Assembly: GCA_951406725.2 (NCBI GenBank)
Contig: OX597835.1
Location: 22,940,001-23,004,000, forward strand
Direction: 5' to 3'
From: Octopus vulgaris
Lineage: Eukaryota
DNA length: 64,000 nt
Shown here: positions 13,744 to 27,689 of the stretch, piece by piece
Position numbering within the stretch: position 1 is the stretch's first letter
How the letters are laid out: each line of letters starts with the position of its first letter
Made by a program: the position numbers and the translations under genes
The notes under the pieces: generated by a model
Databases searched by the model: none
What the model was told of the DNA's origin: nothing
Seen by the model: only the letters and a program-made list of their open reading frames with translations

Positions 13744-14018
13744 GGTAAGAATAATATGGTTAGAAGAAATGAAGGAATTATTCTTCCAGAGTTTATTTAT
13801 ATAAAAATACCGAAAATCTTAAAATTTTCCAAGGAAATGAAATGAAATAAAGTAAAATATTTACATTTGATAAAAAAACTTCTTAAATGTAATATGATTA
13901 AATATTTTACTTACTTGCTTTATTCATTTCGTTTCCTTGAAAAATTCCAAATACCTGTATTTAAATAAACTAAGGAACATATCGTTCATTTCTTCTGACG
14001 AATTTATTATTATTACCT
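13744..14018. repeat. Old diverged inverted repeat between TA runs
   Basis: agaagaaatgaa / ttcatttcttct, caaggaaatgaaatgaa / ttcatttcgtttccttg and agtaaaatattt / aaatattttact nested symmetrically. Confidence 0.6.
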
Positions 14019-15051
14019 ATATATATATATATGATGATATATATATGTATATATATTTATATAGTTAAGTCTGAAAGTAACTGTAAATTTTGTAGCATTC
14101 AGTTTTTAAAGAATATATTCACACAGACTTATAAGGTGTATTTTTATACACATATACTTATGTGCATAAACATACACACACATTTGTATATATATGAGAT
14201 ATATATACCATACTAATGATAACAAAGAGAAAATTTTTTCTTTGTATTTTTTCTTCTTTTTTTTTTCTTTTTTTTTTTTTTTTCTCTGTTAAATCAATGT
14301 TGTATTTCAAAGCTGAAATCATGTGATATTTGTTATTGAAAGAAAATGTTGTCAATATTTTATGTTACTGAAAAGGAGCAGTAATATTGTTGTGTCCAAG
14401 TGGTGCAGCTTGGTATTTGAACCGTGTGATTAGAGGTTCTAACCAGTGGTCTTTTGAAATATTAAGAGCTTTTGTGAGGCATTTGTCAACATGTTAGAAT
14501 TATTATATAAATTTATGGAATATACTGTAAATGCTGAAATCCTAATCAAAAACCAAGAATTTATAGTAACTGAGCAGTTGTTTTTGTTTTCTAAATGCAG
14601 TTCTTTTCCTATTTTGTGACTCTGAATTTTTAATCATCATTTAAATATTCAAAATTGTTTTGTAAAGTTATTTTGCAGAAAATTATTCTTTTAAAAAGAA
14701 ATATTTTGCTATTGAAAAACTGTCAAAATTTGATGGCATAATTGGTGGATAAGATGGTTTTTGTTCTTATTTTGTGTTTGGTGCAAGATTTCAATAACCT
14801 CTCTGTCTGTCTGCCTGCCTGCCTCGAGTGTTTTTGCTATCAGACAAGAATTCCATCCATACAAAAAACGAAACAAAACAAAAAAACCTTCTCCCCAGTC
14901 AACACACAGACACACACACACACATTTAATGTACATACAAACACACATACATACTCACAAACATACACACACCCACACATATAGAAATATACATACATAA
15001 ATATATAATTATATACATACACACACACACATATATATGTATGTATATATA

Positions 15052-15105
<54 letters not shown>

Positions 15106-16599
15106 TATACATACTTATATATACATAGCAGTTACAGGTATTATTTAAAACAATTTGATTTGGCTCTTTGCTGAATCAGACTGTTTTAAATAATAATAAT
15201 AATAATAATGATCATGATGATAACAATAATATATACATACATATTTCATTAGATACACAACTGTGTTCAACTTTTATCGTTTTCATTTTATATTTATTAG
15301 TTTGAATCAATAAAATTCATGAATTCATGTTTCACATTTTCAGGCCTTCACACGTCTGGAAATGTATAATATGAATATAGGAATTTTAGTCTTCCAAACT
15401 AGCTGTAAAAAAAAAAAAACAAGAAGAAAATATGAAAATTCTAAAATACAGAAGATAAAAGTTGAATAGTTATGTAAAATATCAGAGCCAACTTAGCTGA
15501 TCTGTCTGCTTGTGGTCCATACATGTCAGTGTAGACAAACTGATGTTTGAAACAACGCAATAAAGTGTAGGGTTTTTCCTCTTTTTTAAAACTAATTCCT
15601 TATGTAATGAAAATACTACGACCAGCATGTGATTAAATCTAATTAATGAATTAATCCAATAGATTAGCTAATTCAAGAAGATATGTAAGTGAAATGAAAT
15701 ATGGAATTTGTAACCCTTAACTGTATCTAGAATAAATTTCTTTATAATTAATCTAAATATTATTGTTAGTTTTATAAATTTAAACTGGCTGGGATATTTA
15801 ATGAGTGAAGTTGAGAGAGGAAATCTTACAAACAGATTTCAATTAAATTTATTTTGATTAAATGTAAATTTAATACTTACAAATAAAATGACAAGATGTT
15901 CACGGAATTCGATTCTTTTCATTTAACTGAATTATATCCTGGTAAGTGATGCTGGAATCTGAACGATTTCTTTCAACACTTGCTGGATTTATGATTTCAA
16001 AGGAATGAAAGTTAATATATCTCTTTTGAAACAATGACCCTCCATAAAACAGCAGTGAATCCCTGTGACTTGGAATAAAAAAAAAAAAAAGAAGAAAATC
16101 CTCTGAATTTAGAAATCCGTTGACTTTCTTCAGAGTGACATTCTTCAAATTGAGCAGTTGGAATTCCAATACACTTTAATGTTTTGTGGATTTGGGGTGG
16201 AAAATTTCAATTCAATTACCCCTCCACAAAGGCACAGTCACTTGTTTGTATCTTATCTGAATATAATCCAGGCGGAATACACAACAATGAGGGTTGCCTT
16301 TTCCTGTCTTTTTACAGACAGAACAAAAATTCAAAATTAATAAATGATCCTAAACAATTCACAACTAATTAAAGGGATATAACTGATTAATTATATCTTT
16401 TTAAATAGTTGATAACTGCACTTGTTGCCGGCTTTGTTTGAAGTGCGATGGTAGAAGCAGGGACTTCAACCCATCTTCACCCAACAAAGAATTTTAAGGA
16501 TATACTTTTTGTTAGGTAGAAAAGAATAGAGTTTATCTGGTGGAGGTCTTTGTCAGCAAAGCATCTCATTAATTAAGATCATATCTAGTAAACTATTAT

Positions 16600-16799
16600 T
16601 ATTGTGGTGAGCTGACAGAATCATAAACATGTCTGATAACATTTCTTCCAGCTCTTTACATACTGAAATCAAATTCCAGGGTCAGATTTACCTTTTGTCC
16701 TTTTGTGAGGACAAGATAAATTTCAGTAAAACACTGGGGATCAATATTATCATCCTGTCCCTCTCCTAAAATTGTTAGCTTTGTACCAAACATTTGAAA

Positions 16800-16841
<42 letters not shown>

Positions 16842-17740
16842 GACTATGAGCTGGTAGAATCTTTAGTACACTGGGCAAAATGCTCAGAGGCATTTCATCC
16901 ATCTGTGAGTTCAAATTCCACCAAAGTCAACTTTGCTTTTCATCCTTTCGGAATTGATAAAATTAAGCACCAGTTGCATACTGGGGTCAATGTAATCAAC
17001 TAGCCCCCGCCCAGATTTCAGGCCTTGTGCCTATAGTAGAAAGGATTATTATTATTATTATTATTATTATTTTATTTAAGAGAGAGAGTTGGCAGTATTG
17101 TTAGCACACAAGACAAAATGCTTAGCAGCATTTTTTCTGGGTTTATGTTGTGAGTTCAAATCCTGCCAAGGTTGACTTCGTCTTTCATCTTTTTGGGATT
17201 AATAAAATAAGTACCAGTTGTACACTGAGGTCATTATAATCGATTAGCCCCATCCCCTAAAGTTTCAAGTCTTGTGCCTATAGTAGAAAGGATTATTATT
17301 ATGCGGGTGGTGGATTGGCAGTATTGTTAGAGCATTAGACAAAATGCTTTATCCAATACTTTACTTTCAGAGTTCAAATCCCACACGGACCAACATTACC
17401 TTTCATCCTTTCAGAGTTAATAAAATACAGTACCAGTAAAATACTGGGGGTGATGATATCCATTAAATCTCCTCCCCACAAAAATGCTGGCTTTATGCCT
17501 AATACGGAAATAGTTATTGTACCAAGGGCAGCAGATTGGCAGAAATGATTGGACATTGGATAAAATGCCTTGTGGTGTTTCTTCCAGCTCTTTACATTCT
17601 GAGTTCAAATCCTGCTGAGGTAAACTTTACCTTTCACTCTTTTGTAATCAATGAAATAAAGTGCCACTCAAATACTGGGGTTAATCATACTGATTAATGC
17701 CATTCCTCAAATTTCAAGCTGTCGGCCTAAACTAGAAACA
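16600..17740 (+). mobile_element. Head-to-tail cluster of five Meta-like SINEs mostly separated by (ATT)n
   Basis: Heads near 16604, 16845, 17085, 17305, 17530; similar cluster at 4778-5970. Confidence 0.8.
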
Positions 17741-17800
17741 TTTTTTTGCTCAACTCTGACATTTATTATAGAAAATGTTAAACAATACTTTCCAATAATA

Positions 17801-18206
17801 GGCGCAGGAGTGGCTGTGTGGTAAGTAGCTTGTTTACCAACCACATGGTTCCGGGTTCAGTCCCACTGCGTGGCACCTTGGGCAAGTGTCTTCTACTATA
17901 GCCTCGGGCCGACCAAAGCCTTGTGAGTGGATTTGGTAGACGGAAACTGAAAGAAGCCCGTCGTATATATGTATATATATATATGCGTGCGTGTGTTTGT
18001 GTGTCTGTGTTTGTCCCCCTAGCATTGCTTGACAACCGATGCTTGTGTGTTTATGTCCCCGTCACTTAGCGGTTCGGCAAAAGAGACCGATAGAATAAGT
18101 ACTGGGCTTACAAAAGAATAAGTCCCGGGGTCGAGTTGCTCGATTAAAGGCGGTGCTCCAGCATGGCCGCAGTCAAATGACTGAAACAAGTAAAAGAGTA
18201 AAGAGT
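17801..18206 (+). mobile_element. Full-length tRNA-derived octopus SINE (CORE-like centre)
   Basis: A box tggctgtgtgg, B box ggttcagtccc, caccttgggcaagtgtc core, internal TA/TG tract, (aagagta) tail. Copies at 5238-5535, 26277-26700 (-), 50950-51332, 59497-59850, 62500-62762 (-), plus fragments. Confidence 0.9.
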
Positions 18207-18699
18207 AATAATAATGATAATAATAATATCTCTAATCACGAGCAGTAGTGGGGCAGGGAGGGTAACATAGCCATGTGTTAAGAGGAATTCTTTGGGGTTT
18301 GAATAATTCACTTCTGGAAACATTGGTGTTTCGTTCATCATCCTTAGACAAACCTTAATTAAGGACCTTTTGAGTGAGATGGGATACTTGACCTGAAGAA
18401 AATTCTAACTGGGTCCCACCTGCAAGGCATGCATTGATGGTATGCATTGCTCTCTCATTCAATAATAATAATTATTATTCTTTCTACTAAAGGCACAAGG
18501 CCTGAAATTTGGTGGGAGGGGGGACTAGTCAATTACATCGACCCCCAGTGTTTCACTGGTACTGAATTTATCAACCCTGAAGAGATGAAAGACAAAGCTG
18601 ACCTCGGTGGAATTTGAACTTAGAATGTAAGGATGGATGAAATGCTACTAAGCATTTTACCTGGCATACTAAAGACTCTGCCAGCTCACTGCCTTATTC

Positions 18700-18709
18700 A
18701 ATAATGATG

Positions 18710-18749
<40 letters not shown>

Positions 18750-18895
18750 TAATAATAATAATAACAATAATAATAATAACAATAATAATAATAACAATAA
18801 CAATAATAGTAATAACAACAACAATAATAGTAACAATAATAATAACAACAACAATAATAATAACAATAATAATAATAATAATGATGATAATAATC
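18700..18895. repeat. (AAT/AAC)n microsatellite
   Basis: Direct reading. Confidence 0.95.
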
Positions 18896-21139
18896 ATATT
18901 CACCTCAGTAATATTAATCCAGAGATTATCCACATTTAAAGAGTGGTCACAATGGTTAAGTAATTCTATCCGAATCTATTGAGTACTTAGGACAAGGTCC
19001 AGTGGTCATCAGAATATTGCAACAGGAGTCAGTTTACTAAATTAATTCAACTGCAAGTAGAGAACTGTTTCTAATATTGATTAGTAGAAAATGAGTACTT
19101 AACTGTCTAAATAGAACTTGCATCTCATTAGGATGGGGAAGAGGAGAAGGAACTCCCCCCTCCTCTTGCTTCTCTCTCTCTCTCTCTCTCTCTCATACTT
19201 CCTAGTAGTCTCAGATTTGCTACCAGCCACTTTTTTTTGCTTCCAGCATCTGTACCAAAATTTTGATCATATTTAGAATTGTAATCTCTTAATCACTTGG
19301 ATGGCCAAGTGGCGAGGGTTATTGCACTATGATTATAAGACCTTGGTTTTGATTCCTAGACCATGCAGTATATTCTGTTCTTGAGCAGAGAATTTCATTT
19401 CTTGATGCTCCAGTGTACTCAGCTGTGAAAGAGTTCCAGCAATAGTCGAGGAGTTAACCTTGTGACAGACTGGCATCCTAGCCAGGGAAGGAGGATTTGT
19501 AATTGCCATAGAAACTAGGTTCACCTCTAAACTTGGGTGTTAGGGCTCATGACAGACTCAAGTCTAAGTTTAATCTCTTTGGTGAAGTTTAAAAGACATA
19601 AATCTGCAAAGTTCTAAAATTTCATCTCACTCTTAGAACTAAGTGGAGGCACATAACTTAGTGGTGGTTAATATGTTGAGCTCATTATCGTAACGAGGTT
19701 TCAATCCTGGACTGAGCAATGCATTGTGTCCTTGAGCAAAACTCTTCATTTCATGTTGCTCCAGTCCACTCAGCTGGCAAAAATAAATAATCCTGTGACA
19801 GACTGGTCTCTTGTCCAGGGAGGAATATTTACATAGGTCAGTGAAACCAGGAGACCAGCTTTTACAGACTAATGGTGGACTAACCAAACAGCTAGGTCAC
19901 ACGTAGTCACATGCATGCATTTGCAAGCACACACACACGTACACATGTGCACTCATACATGCAGACATTTGCCAATCCATACAGATCAACACACACACAC
20001 ACACACACACACTCATATTGGCAGTGGTTGGTCAGTAATGGAAACCTGTACAATATCAATGGGTGTGAGGTGTGTAAATAAGTGTCTTCTTACTTGCCTA
20101 AGCTACTGATGTACAAACTTGTTTCTTGCTTTTTCCTCTTTGTCTGATGATTTGTCAATATATATCTACACACACACACACACACATATCATTGAAACTT
20201 CCAGAAACATCTTATTTATTTAACCCTAATCCTTAACTGCAACAACAACATGGTGGGGTTTTTTTTTAAAGAACAAAACAAAAAAAAAAGCAAAGTGTAA
20301 ATTGTTGTCGTAGGTAGAGGTTGCCATTACAGGTAAATAGGTAATGGAGTGTTGCACTTCCAAGTAAGTGAATTGATGCACCTAAGCACCCACCCCCCAC
20401 CTTTGTATTTAAAAATAATACACACACACACACATATTTCAGCTAAACTACAGATTTAGCTCACTATCCTGTATTAGCAACTTTGCATTATAATCGAAAT
20501 TGTTGACATTATTGAGAATACCTGTATCAAGGGGGACGGGTGGCTGGCCTGGCCCTAATATATTTTTTAGTATCAACACATTGTTAAAGAAACTCCCTAT
20601 AGTATTGACAAGATTGTTAAAGAAGTGACAACACTTGAAAAAGTAAGCAGATTGCTAAAGAGCGACTCCCCCCCATCTCCCCAATAAAGTTGAACAGATT
20701 TTTATCTTAAAGAAATTATCCCTCTTTAAAAAGTTGTTGAACAAGTTGTTAAAGAATGATTCCCACCCCCCTACTTTCAAGTTGAACAGATTGTTAAATA
20801 AAAATAAAAAAAAAACTTCTAAAATACACAAAAAAATATTGAAGTATAAGAACATAGAATGAAGAGTGTCTGAGAGCAAAGATGAACTCCCAAGTTCCAC
20901 AAGTCAATGTCAAATTCCTCAATGGAATCATTTCTTTTATCATTTATGCCACAGATTCCATTTGGGGGAAGGCATGAACATCATAACACCCTCCTGCCTA
21001 CAACCTTCAGCCATATCTGCTTTCACTCTAAATATGAGGCCTTGTATCATCTGTGTGCGTAATTGATATTTTATCTTTTAAAATGCCTTTCTAGTTGTGA
21101 CGCTGATGATGACGATGTTAGATTTATGCTACATTAAAA

Positions 21140-21630
21140 TGTTGTCAAGTCAGTTAAAACGCAAAATACAGAGCACTCACATCACATGTAGCTGAAACAT
21201 ATTGTCAGCCAGTTAAAGCACAAACACAGCCCTCACACTACATGTGGCTGGCATATATATATCAGCCAGTTAAAGCACAAACAAAGCCCTCATTTGACAT
21301 GTAGCTGGCATATATTGTCAGCCAGTTAAAACACGAGTGCAGCCACATAACATATAGCTAGCACATATATATATATATATATATTATATTAAATTAGAGA
21401 TAAAACCACTATCAGGCAAATCAAACAGTGAAAATCATAAGCCAATACATAGAAATAAAATTAATTAAAAAAATATATAAAATTCCAAATTAAAATATTT
21501 AAATTAAAGTTAAAATTTTAAAAAATTTTTTAATTATTTAAATAATATATATATATGTATATATATATATTGTCAACCAGTTAAAACAAAAACAGTGCTT
21601 ATCTCTCCCACAAACTCCACATGTAGCTTT
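21140..21630. repeat. Degenerate 55-60-bp tandem repeat (5 units), interrupted by an insertion at about 21365-21570
   Basis: Unit ttgtcagccagttaaagcacaaac...cacatgtagctggcatata. Confidence 0.8.
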
Positions 21631-22569
21631 GTTTTCTAGTCTCCATACACAACTTTCTAAGTTTCTGCCAATCTGACCTGAACACCTAGCAAATACCAAA
21701 ACCATTCCAGGTTTGCATTTTGGAGGAAAACTTAAGGAAAGATATATCTCTTTTTCACTTTTTCATTTTTTGATGTGGTGGTGGCGATGATGATGATGAT
21801 TGTGGTTAACACCTAGGTGGACATGGACAGTCAATACTGAATAGTTTACAACGAATTGCGTTAGTATAGTAGAAAAGTGGAACAAATTCACTATTATTAT
21901 TAGTAGTAGTAGTATAAATCAATTTTGCTTTACATTCTTCTGGGATGAATAAAATAAAGTACCAGTTACATAACAAGGTTGAACATAATCAACTATTTCC
22001 TTTCCCCTTAAGACAAATTATTGTTGGCAATGGGAAGTCAACCTTGCCTTTCATTTTTCCATCTTTTGGTAATATTGATTTGTCGCTAGATTAATTAGAA
22101 TCTAGGTGTATCAAGTATGAAGGGCGCCAGAATTGGCTGGGTTCTTAATGTTAGGCCTACAGTACATAGAAGGAACTCATAGTTGTTTATTAGTAGTATA
22201 CCGTAAGCATGTATACACACACACACACATCTATATATATGGATCAAATAGTTTGCTTCAAATTCGTTGGTCCTCTTGAGTTTCAAACGTAACGCTAGTT
22301 GTCAGCCATGAAACACAAGGGTACCAACGCATTTGAATCAAACTGTTTTGATCCATACATGTAACTCCCAATAAATTGGTTGAGTGCCCTTCGTTCGTTT
22401 CTCCACTCACTCATATATGTGTGTGTTGTGTGGGCAGTTAAGGTAAATTCCTACTAGCAAATGAAACATGTAATGATGAATAAATAATACCTAAAAATTT
22501 CCAATTTCCTGTTTAGTTATATAAATATACATATAGACAAATACATATATACATAGGCAGCCAATCCAA

Positions 22570-23145
22570 CATCAAGGTGGATTGATGACAAACTCAGAAG
22601 AGCAGTGAATCCATGCCTTGCGACGGGCCTGCCGCCCCGACAGGCCTCCGTGCCGGTGGCACGTAAAAAGCACCATCCGATCATGGCCGTTGCCAGCCTC
22701 GCCTGGCCCCCATGCCAGTGGCACGTAAAAAGCACCATCCGATCATGGCCGTTGCCAGCCTCGCCTGGCCCCCATGCCAGTGGCACGTAAAAAGCACCAT
22801 CCGATCATGGCCGTTGCCAGCCTCGCCTGGCCCCCATGCCAGTGGCACGTAAAAATCACCATCCGATCATGGCCGTTGCCAGCCTCACCTGGCCCCCGTG
22901 CCGGTGGCACGTAAAAAGCACCATCTGACCATGGCCGTTTGCCAGCCCTGTCTGGTACCTGTGCCGGTGGCACGTAAAAAGCACCCACTACACTCGCAGA
23001 GTGGTTGGCATTAGGAAGGGCATCCAGCCATAGACACATTGCCAGATCAGACTGGGCCTGGTGCAGCCTTCTGGCTTCCCAGACCCCAGTTGAACCGTCC
23101 AACCCATGCTAGCATGGAAAGCGGACGCTAAATGATGATGATGAC
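22570..23145 (+). mobile_element. RTE-type 3' UTR element with five to six about 61-bp tandem units
   Basis: gtgccggtggcacgtaaaaagcaccatccgatcatggccgttgccagcctcgcctggcccc repeats, then ttaggaagggcatccagc and (GAT)n tail; relatives at 38335-38830 (-), 41470-41660 (-), 48555-48980, 53460-53740 (-), 56400-56630, 60685-60985. Confidence 0.85.
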
Positions 23146-24513
23146 CATCATCATCACTTTAAGCTTCTGAGTTCAAATCCTAGCAAGACAAACTTTGCCT
23201 TTCACCCCTCTAGGGCAAATAAAGCAGCAGGCTAGTAATGGGATGTAATCAACAAACCCAGCCTGTCGAAACTGCTGGCCTTCAGCCAAATTAGAAAGGA
23301 TTCTTGTTTGGCGGCAATGCCTGTAGTAGAAAGGATTATTATTATTGTTAAGAGATGGCAGAATGGTTAACACATTGGACAAAATGCTAAGGTGCATTGC
23401 TTTTAGCTTTATGTTCTGTGTTCAAAATCTATCAAGGTTGATTCTGCTTCCATCCTTTCAGGGTCAATGAGATAAGTACCAGTTATACACTGCAGTCAAT
23501 ACAATCAACAAGCTCCTCACCCCAAAATTCCAAACCTTCTTCCTCTAGCAGAAACGATTATTATGATGAGGATGGTTAAAGGGTTGGTGAAATACATTTC
23601 TTCTGGTTCCAAGTTCAAATCTCACCAAGATCAACTAGGATCAAACCAAGCTTTGTGGGGGAGACTAAATGCATAGAAACAGTGTGTGGGTGAATAGGTC
23701 TGCCAAATGGACCCTTCCTCTAATTTGAAAGGACCAGTCTTATCATACACACATGCCATCTCATGCCGATTCTGCCTGAAAATTACATTTAAGATACACA
23801 TGCCTGTGGAATACTCAGCCATATTACTCTACAATTCCCTAAGCTAGGGGTCCATTTGATCACACAACTGGAAATATTCATTCATCAGAAATTACCACCT
23901 GCCCCTCACCATGGAAGTCATAATATACCCACCATCTATTACTCTGAAGGCATACAGCTTAGTGATTAGGGTATTTGGCTCACAATCATAAAGTTGTGGG
24001 TTCAATCCCTGGTAAAACATTGTGTCCTTGAGCAAGACACTTTATTTCACATAGTTCCAGTCTACTCAGCTGGCAAAAAATTAGTTGCATTTGTAGCTCA
24101 AACAGCCAACCTTGTCACATTCTGCACCATGCTGAATCTACTTGAGAACTACATTAAGGGTACACATGTCTGTGGAATGCTCAGCCACTTGCATATTAAC
24201 TTCACAAGCAGGTTGTTCTGTTGATCAGATCACCTGGAATCTTCATCATCATAACTAACAGAGTGCCAGCTATCACCTGCTATTGGTCACTACTCTCATC
24301 CAACAGAGAAAACAACGAACTTCCACCATGACCACCACCACCAGCCATCTTTATCGATTTCAGTCTCTGAAATTTCTAAACTTCAAATACTAAAATAGTT
24401 CCCATATATGTACGCATGCACATTAGAACACACACACACACATTTATAACAAATAAAAATTTACACTTACGCACATATACACATACTCATGCATTTATGT
24501 ATACACAAGAATA

Positions 24514-24551
<38 letters not shown>

Positions 24552-24635
24552 GTCTAAGAAACTTTAAGTTGGAAAAATATGCACTCCTACATTTGTCAGT
24601 AGAGTGGATATATTAAAATGTTATTGATCAATTTT

Positions 24636-24732
24636 AGCCAATATTACCAATTAGTTTTGCTCTGGGTATTCGATAACCAGATATTAGATAAAAATGAAGT
24701 TAAGTAACACGTGCTCTTCAGAGATAGTAGGT
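24636..24732 (-). ncRNA. Degenerate hammerhead, inverted partner of 24750-24842
   Basis: Minus strand: cctactatct CTGAAGA gcacgtgtt...cagagc AAAA ctaattgg TA atattggc. Confidence 0.5.
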
Positions 24733-24749
24733 ATGAAGAAAAAAAACCT

Positions 24750-24842
24750 GCCAGCTCTGAAGAGCACATGTCACTACTTCACCACACTTAACTAATATCG
24801 TGTAATCTAAGACACTGTGCAAAACTAATTAGTAAGACTGGC
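24750..24842 (+). ncRNA. Degenerate type-I hammerhead ribozyme
   Basis: gccagct CTGAAGA gcacatgtc...gacactgtgc (A for G)AAA ctaattag TA agactggc; stems I and II pair, stem III actaattagt is palindromic; G12 is mutated. Confidence 0.65.
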
Positions 24843-25369
24843 TGAAATGGGTCTATACTAAATATTTTGATTTATATATATATATATACATACATACACA
24901 CATACATATATATATATATATCTACACACATACGCACTCACACACATTCACTTATATAAAGTATTTAATCATGCATCAATTTAGTAAAAAATGTAGACCT
25001 CCCCTCCACCACCACAAACACATTAATTACACTGTGTGCTGCACACCACCACCACCAATATAATAATCATATTGGGTATATATGTATATAATAATAATAA
25101 TGATATTGTTATTGTTGAATTGTTGTTATAATGCCATAGTTTAGTGATTGCTTCAAGCCAACATATTTCTGTGTCATTTGCTCTCCTCTGCCCCAGTTCA
25201 CTCTCCCCCCGGCCCCGGCCCCTAACATATTCTTTTAGTCATGGGTTGAGTTGTCACTGGGCAGCAGAGAGGAGCTGGAAAAAAAAAATAAAAAAGAAAC
25301 CCTTCCCTCCTTAACAACAAACTAGACTAAAATGTGATATATTCTACTTTGATGGCAGCTTATTTCCCC

Positions 25370-25733
25370 ACATACACACACACACATATATATATATGCA
25401 CATATACATATAAATGCATATATATATATATATATATGCACATATACATATAAATGCATATATATATATATATATATACGTGTATATATATATACATATA
25501 TATATATATATACATATACACATATACGTATATATATATATATATACGTATATATATATACATATATACGTATATATATATATACATATATATATATATA
25601 CATATATATATACACACATATATATACACACACATATACATATATATACACACACATATATACACATATATATACGTATATATATATATATATATACGTA
25701 TATATATATATATAAATGCATATATGCACATGT

Positions 25734-25771
<38 letters not shown>

Positions 25772-25825
25772 AAGCATATATTTATATATACACATATACA
25801 TACATACATAATATATATATACATG
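25370..25825. repeat. TA/CA compound microsatellite
   Basis: Direct reading. Confidence 0.95.
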
Positions 25826-27689
25826 TGTTACTCCTCATACATCAATACCTTTCATGTCATTTCCTTCCCCCACCCCCTCACTACCATTTTTCGGACAGGA
25901 ATGTGGGTAGGGGTGCAGGAACACTAATTGCTTTGCTCATATCAAGTGAATGTGAATGGGGTGGGTGGGGTGGAAGAAGTGACGTCTGTAGACTTCCAGT
26001 TATTTAGACCCATAGCACTAATAAAATAATAATAATAATTTCAGCATCTTGTGTTTTCATTTATAAAACTGTTGTTGTTTTTCTTATACTGTAAACAGAA
26101 GCAAGCTACTGCCATCTCTAGCAGACAAGGTGTCCCAGCACTGAGAAAGGGCAGAAATAGCCCCCAAACAAGGCTGGTCTGCTGGTCCTGTCGTTAAGAG
26201 GTGGTAGGGGTTCGCTCCCCTGTGCGCAATATATCGGATGCAGGTGTGCATCGTTAACCAGGTAGAGGAAATGACCTTTTCTCTTTTATCTCTTTTACTT
26301 GTTTCAGTCATTTGACTGCGGCCATGCTGGAGCACCGCCTTTAGTCGAGTAAATCGACCCCGGGACTTATTCTTTGTAAGCCCAGTACTTATTCTATCGG
26401 TCTCTTTTTGCCGAACCGCTAAGTGACGAGGACGTAAACACACCAGCATCGGTTGTCAAGCAATGCTAGGGGGACAAACACAGGCACACAAACATACATG
26501 CACACACACACATATATATATATATATATACATATATACGACAGGCTTCTTTCAGTTTCCGTCTACCAAATCCACTCACAAGGCATTGGTCGGCCCGGGG
26601 CTATAGCAGAAGACACTTGCCCAAGATGCCACGCAGTGGGACTGAACCCGGAACCATGTGGTTGGTAGGCAAGCTACTTACCACACAGCCACTCCTGCGC
26701 TATCTTTTGTCTTTTACTTGTTTCAGTCATTAGGCTTCGACCATGCTGGGACACCGCCTTGAAGAATTTTTAGTCGAATGAATCGACCCCAGGACTTTTT
26801 TTAAGCCTGGGCCTTATTCTATTGAATTCATTTGCTGAACTTTTAAGTTACAGAGACGTAAACACACCATCACTGGGTGGGGAAGAAACAGGGATACAAA
26901 GACACACACACAGATATACGCATATCTATATTATATATTGGTTGTCAAGTGATGGTGGTGGGGGACAAACAAACACAGACACACACACATGACAGACTTC
27001 TTTCAGTTTCCGCCCACCAAGTCCACTCACAAGACTTTGGTTGGCCCAGAGCTATAGTAGAAGTGGGACTGAACCCACAACCACGTGGTTGGGAAGCAAG
27101 CTTCTTACCACACAGCCACACTACAAGTAATTAATGTACAATGAACTTGTTTCAATTTCCATCTATCAAATCCATTAGCAAGGCTTAGGTCGGCCCAAGG
27201 CGACAATAGAAGACATTTGCCTAAGGTGCCAGACAATAGGACTGAACCTAAGCCCATGTGGTTGGGAAGCAGACTTCTTACTAAGAAATCCTGCCTGTGC
27301 CTTATAAGATTGTTAGGTTCCAGTGTAATATATATATATATGAAATACAAAATGGGACAAGAACACAAAACATCAAGACAGTTAGGCAATACATAAAAGG
27401 GGCAACAAAGCATCCAGATAGACAAGACAAAGAAAACAAGGACGAGTCATTCGGAGTTTTCTTTCCTCAGTCGAGTTCCAGATTATCTTTGCAATTTCAG
27501 CTGGTTATACTCAAGATTGCTCCAATCTGGCCAGCCCCAAGGAAAAACTAAGCTAAGAGCATTAGATTCCTTGGAGGAAAGCAGTGAATGTATACAAAAA
27601 CAAGGACGGAAAAAATGGAGAAATGTTACACAAATACAAAAAAAATAATAATAACAGGACATATCCAAGTGCACATTACCAGGATGGCG

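Noticed and set aside
18315-18342. Ultra-minimal hammerhead ggaTGATGAacGAAAcaccaatgTTtcc (minus)
   Set aside because: Lacks C3 and stem II; may be chance or a decayed remnant.
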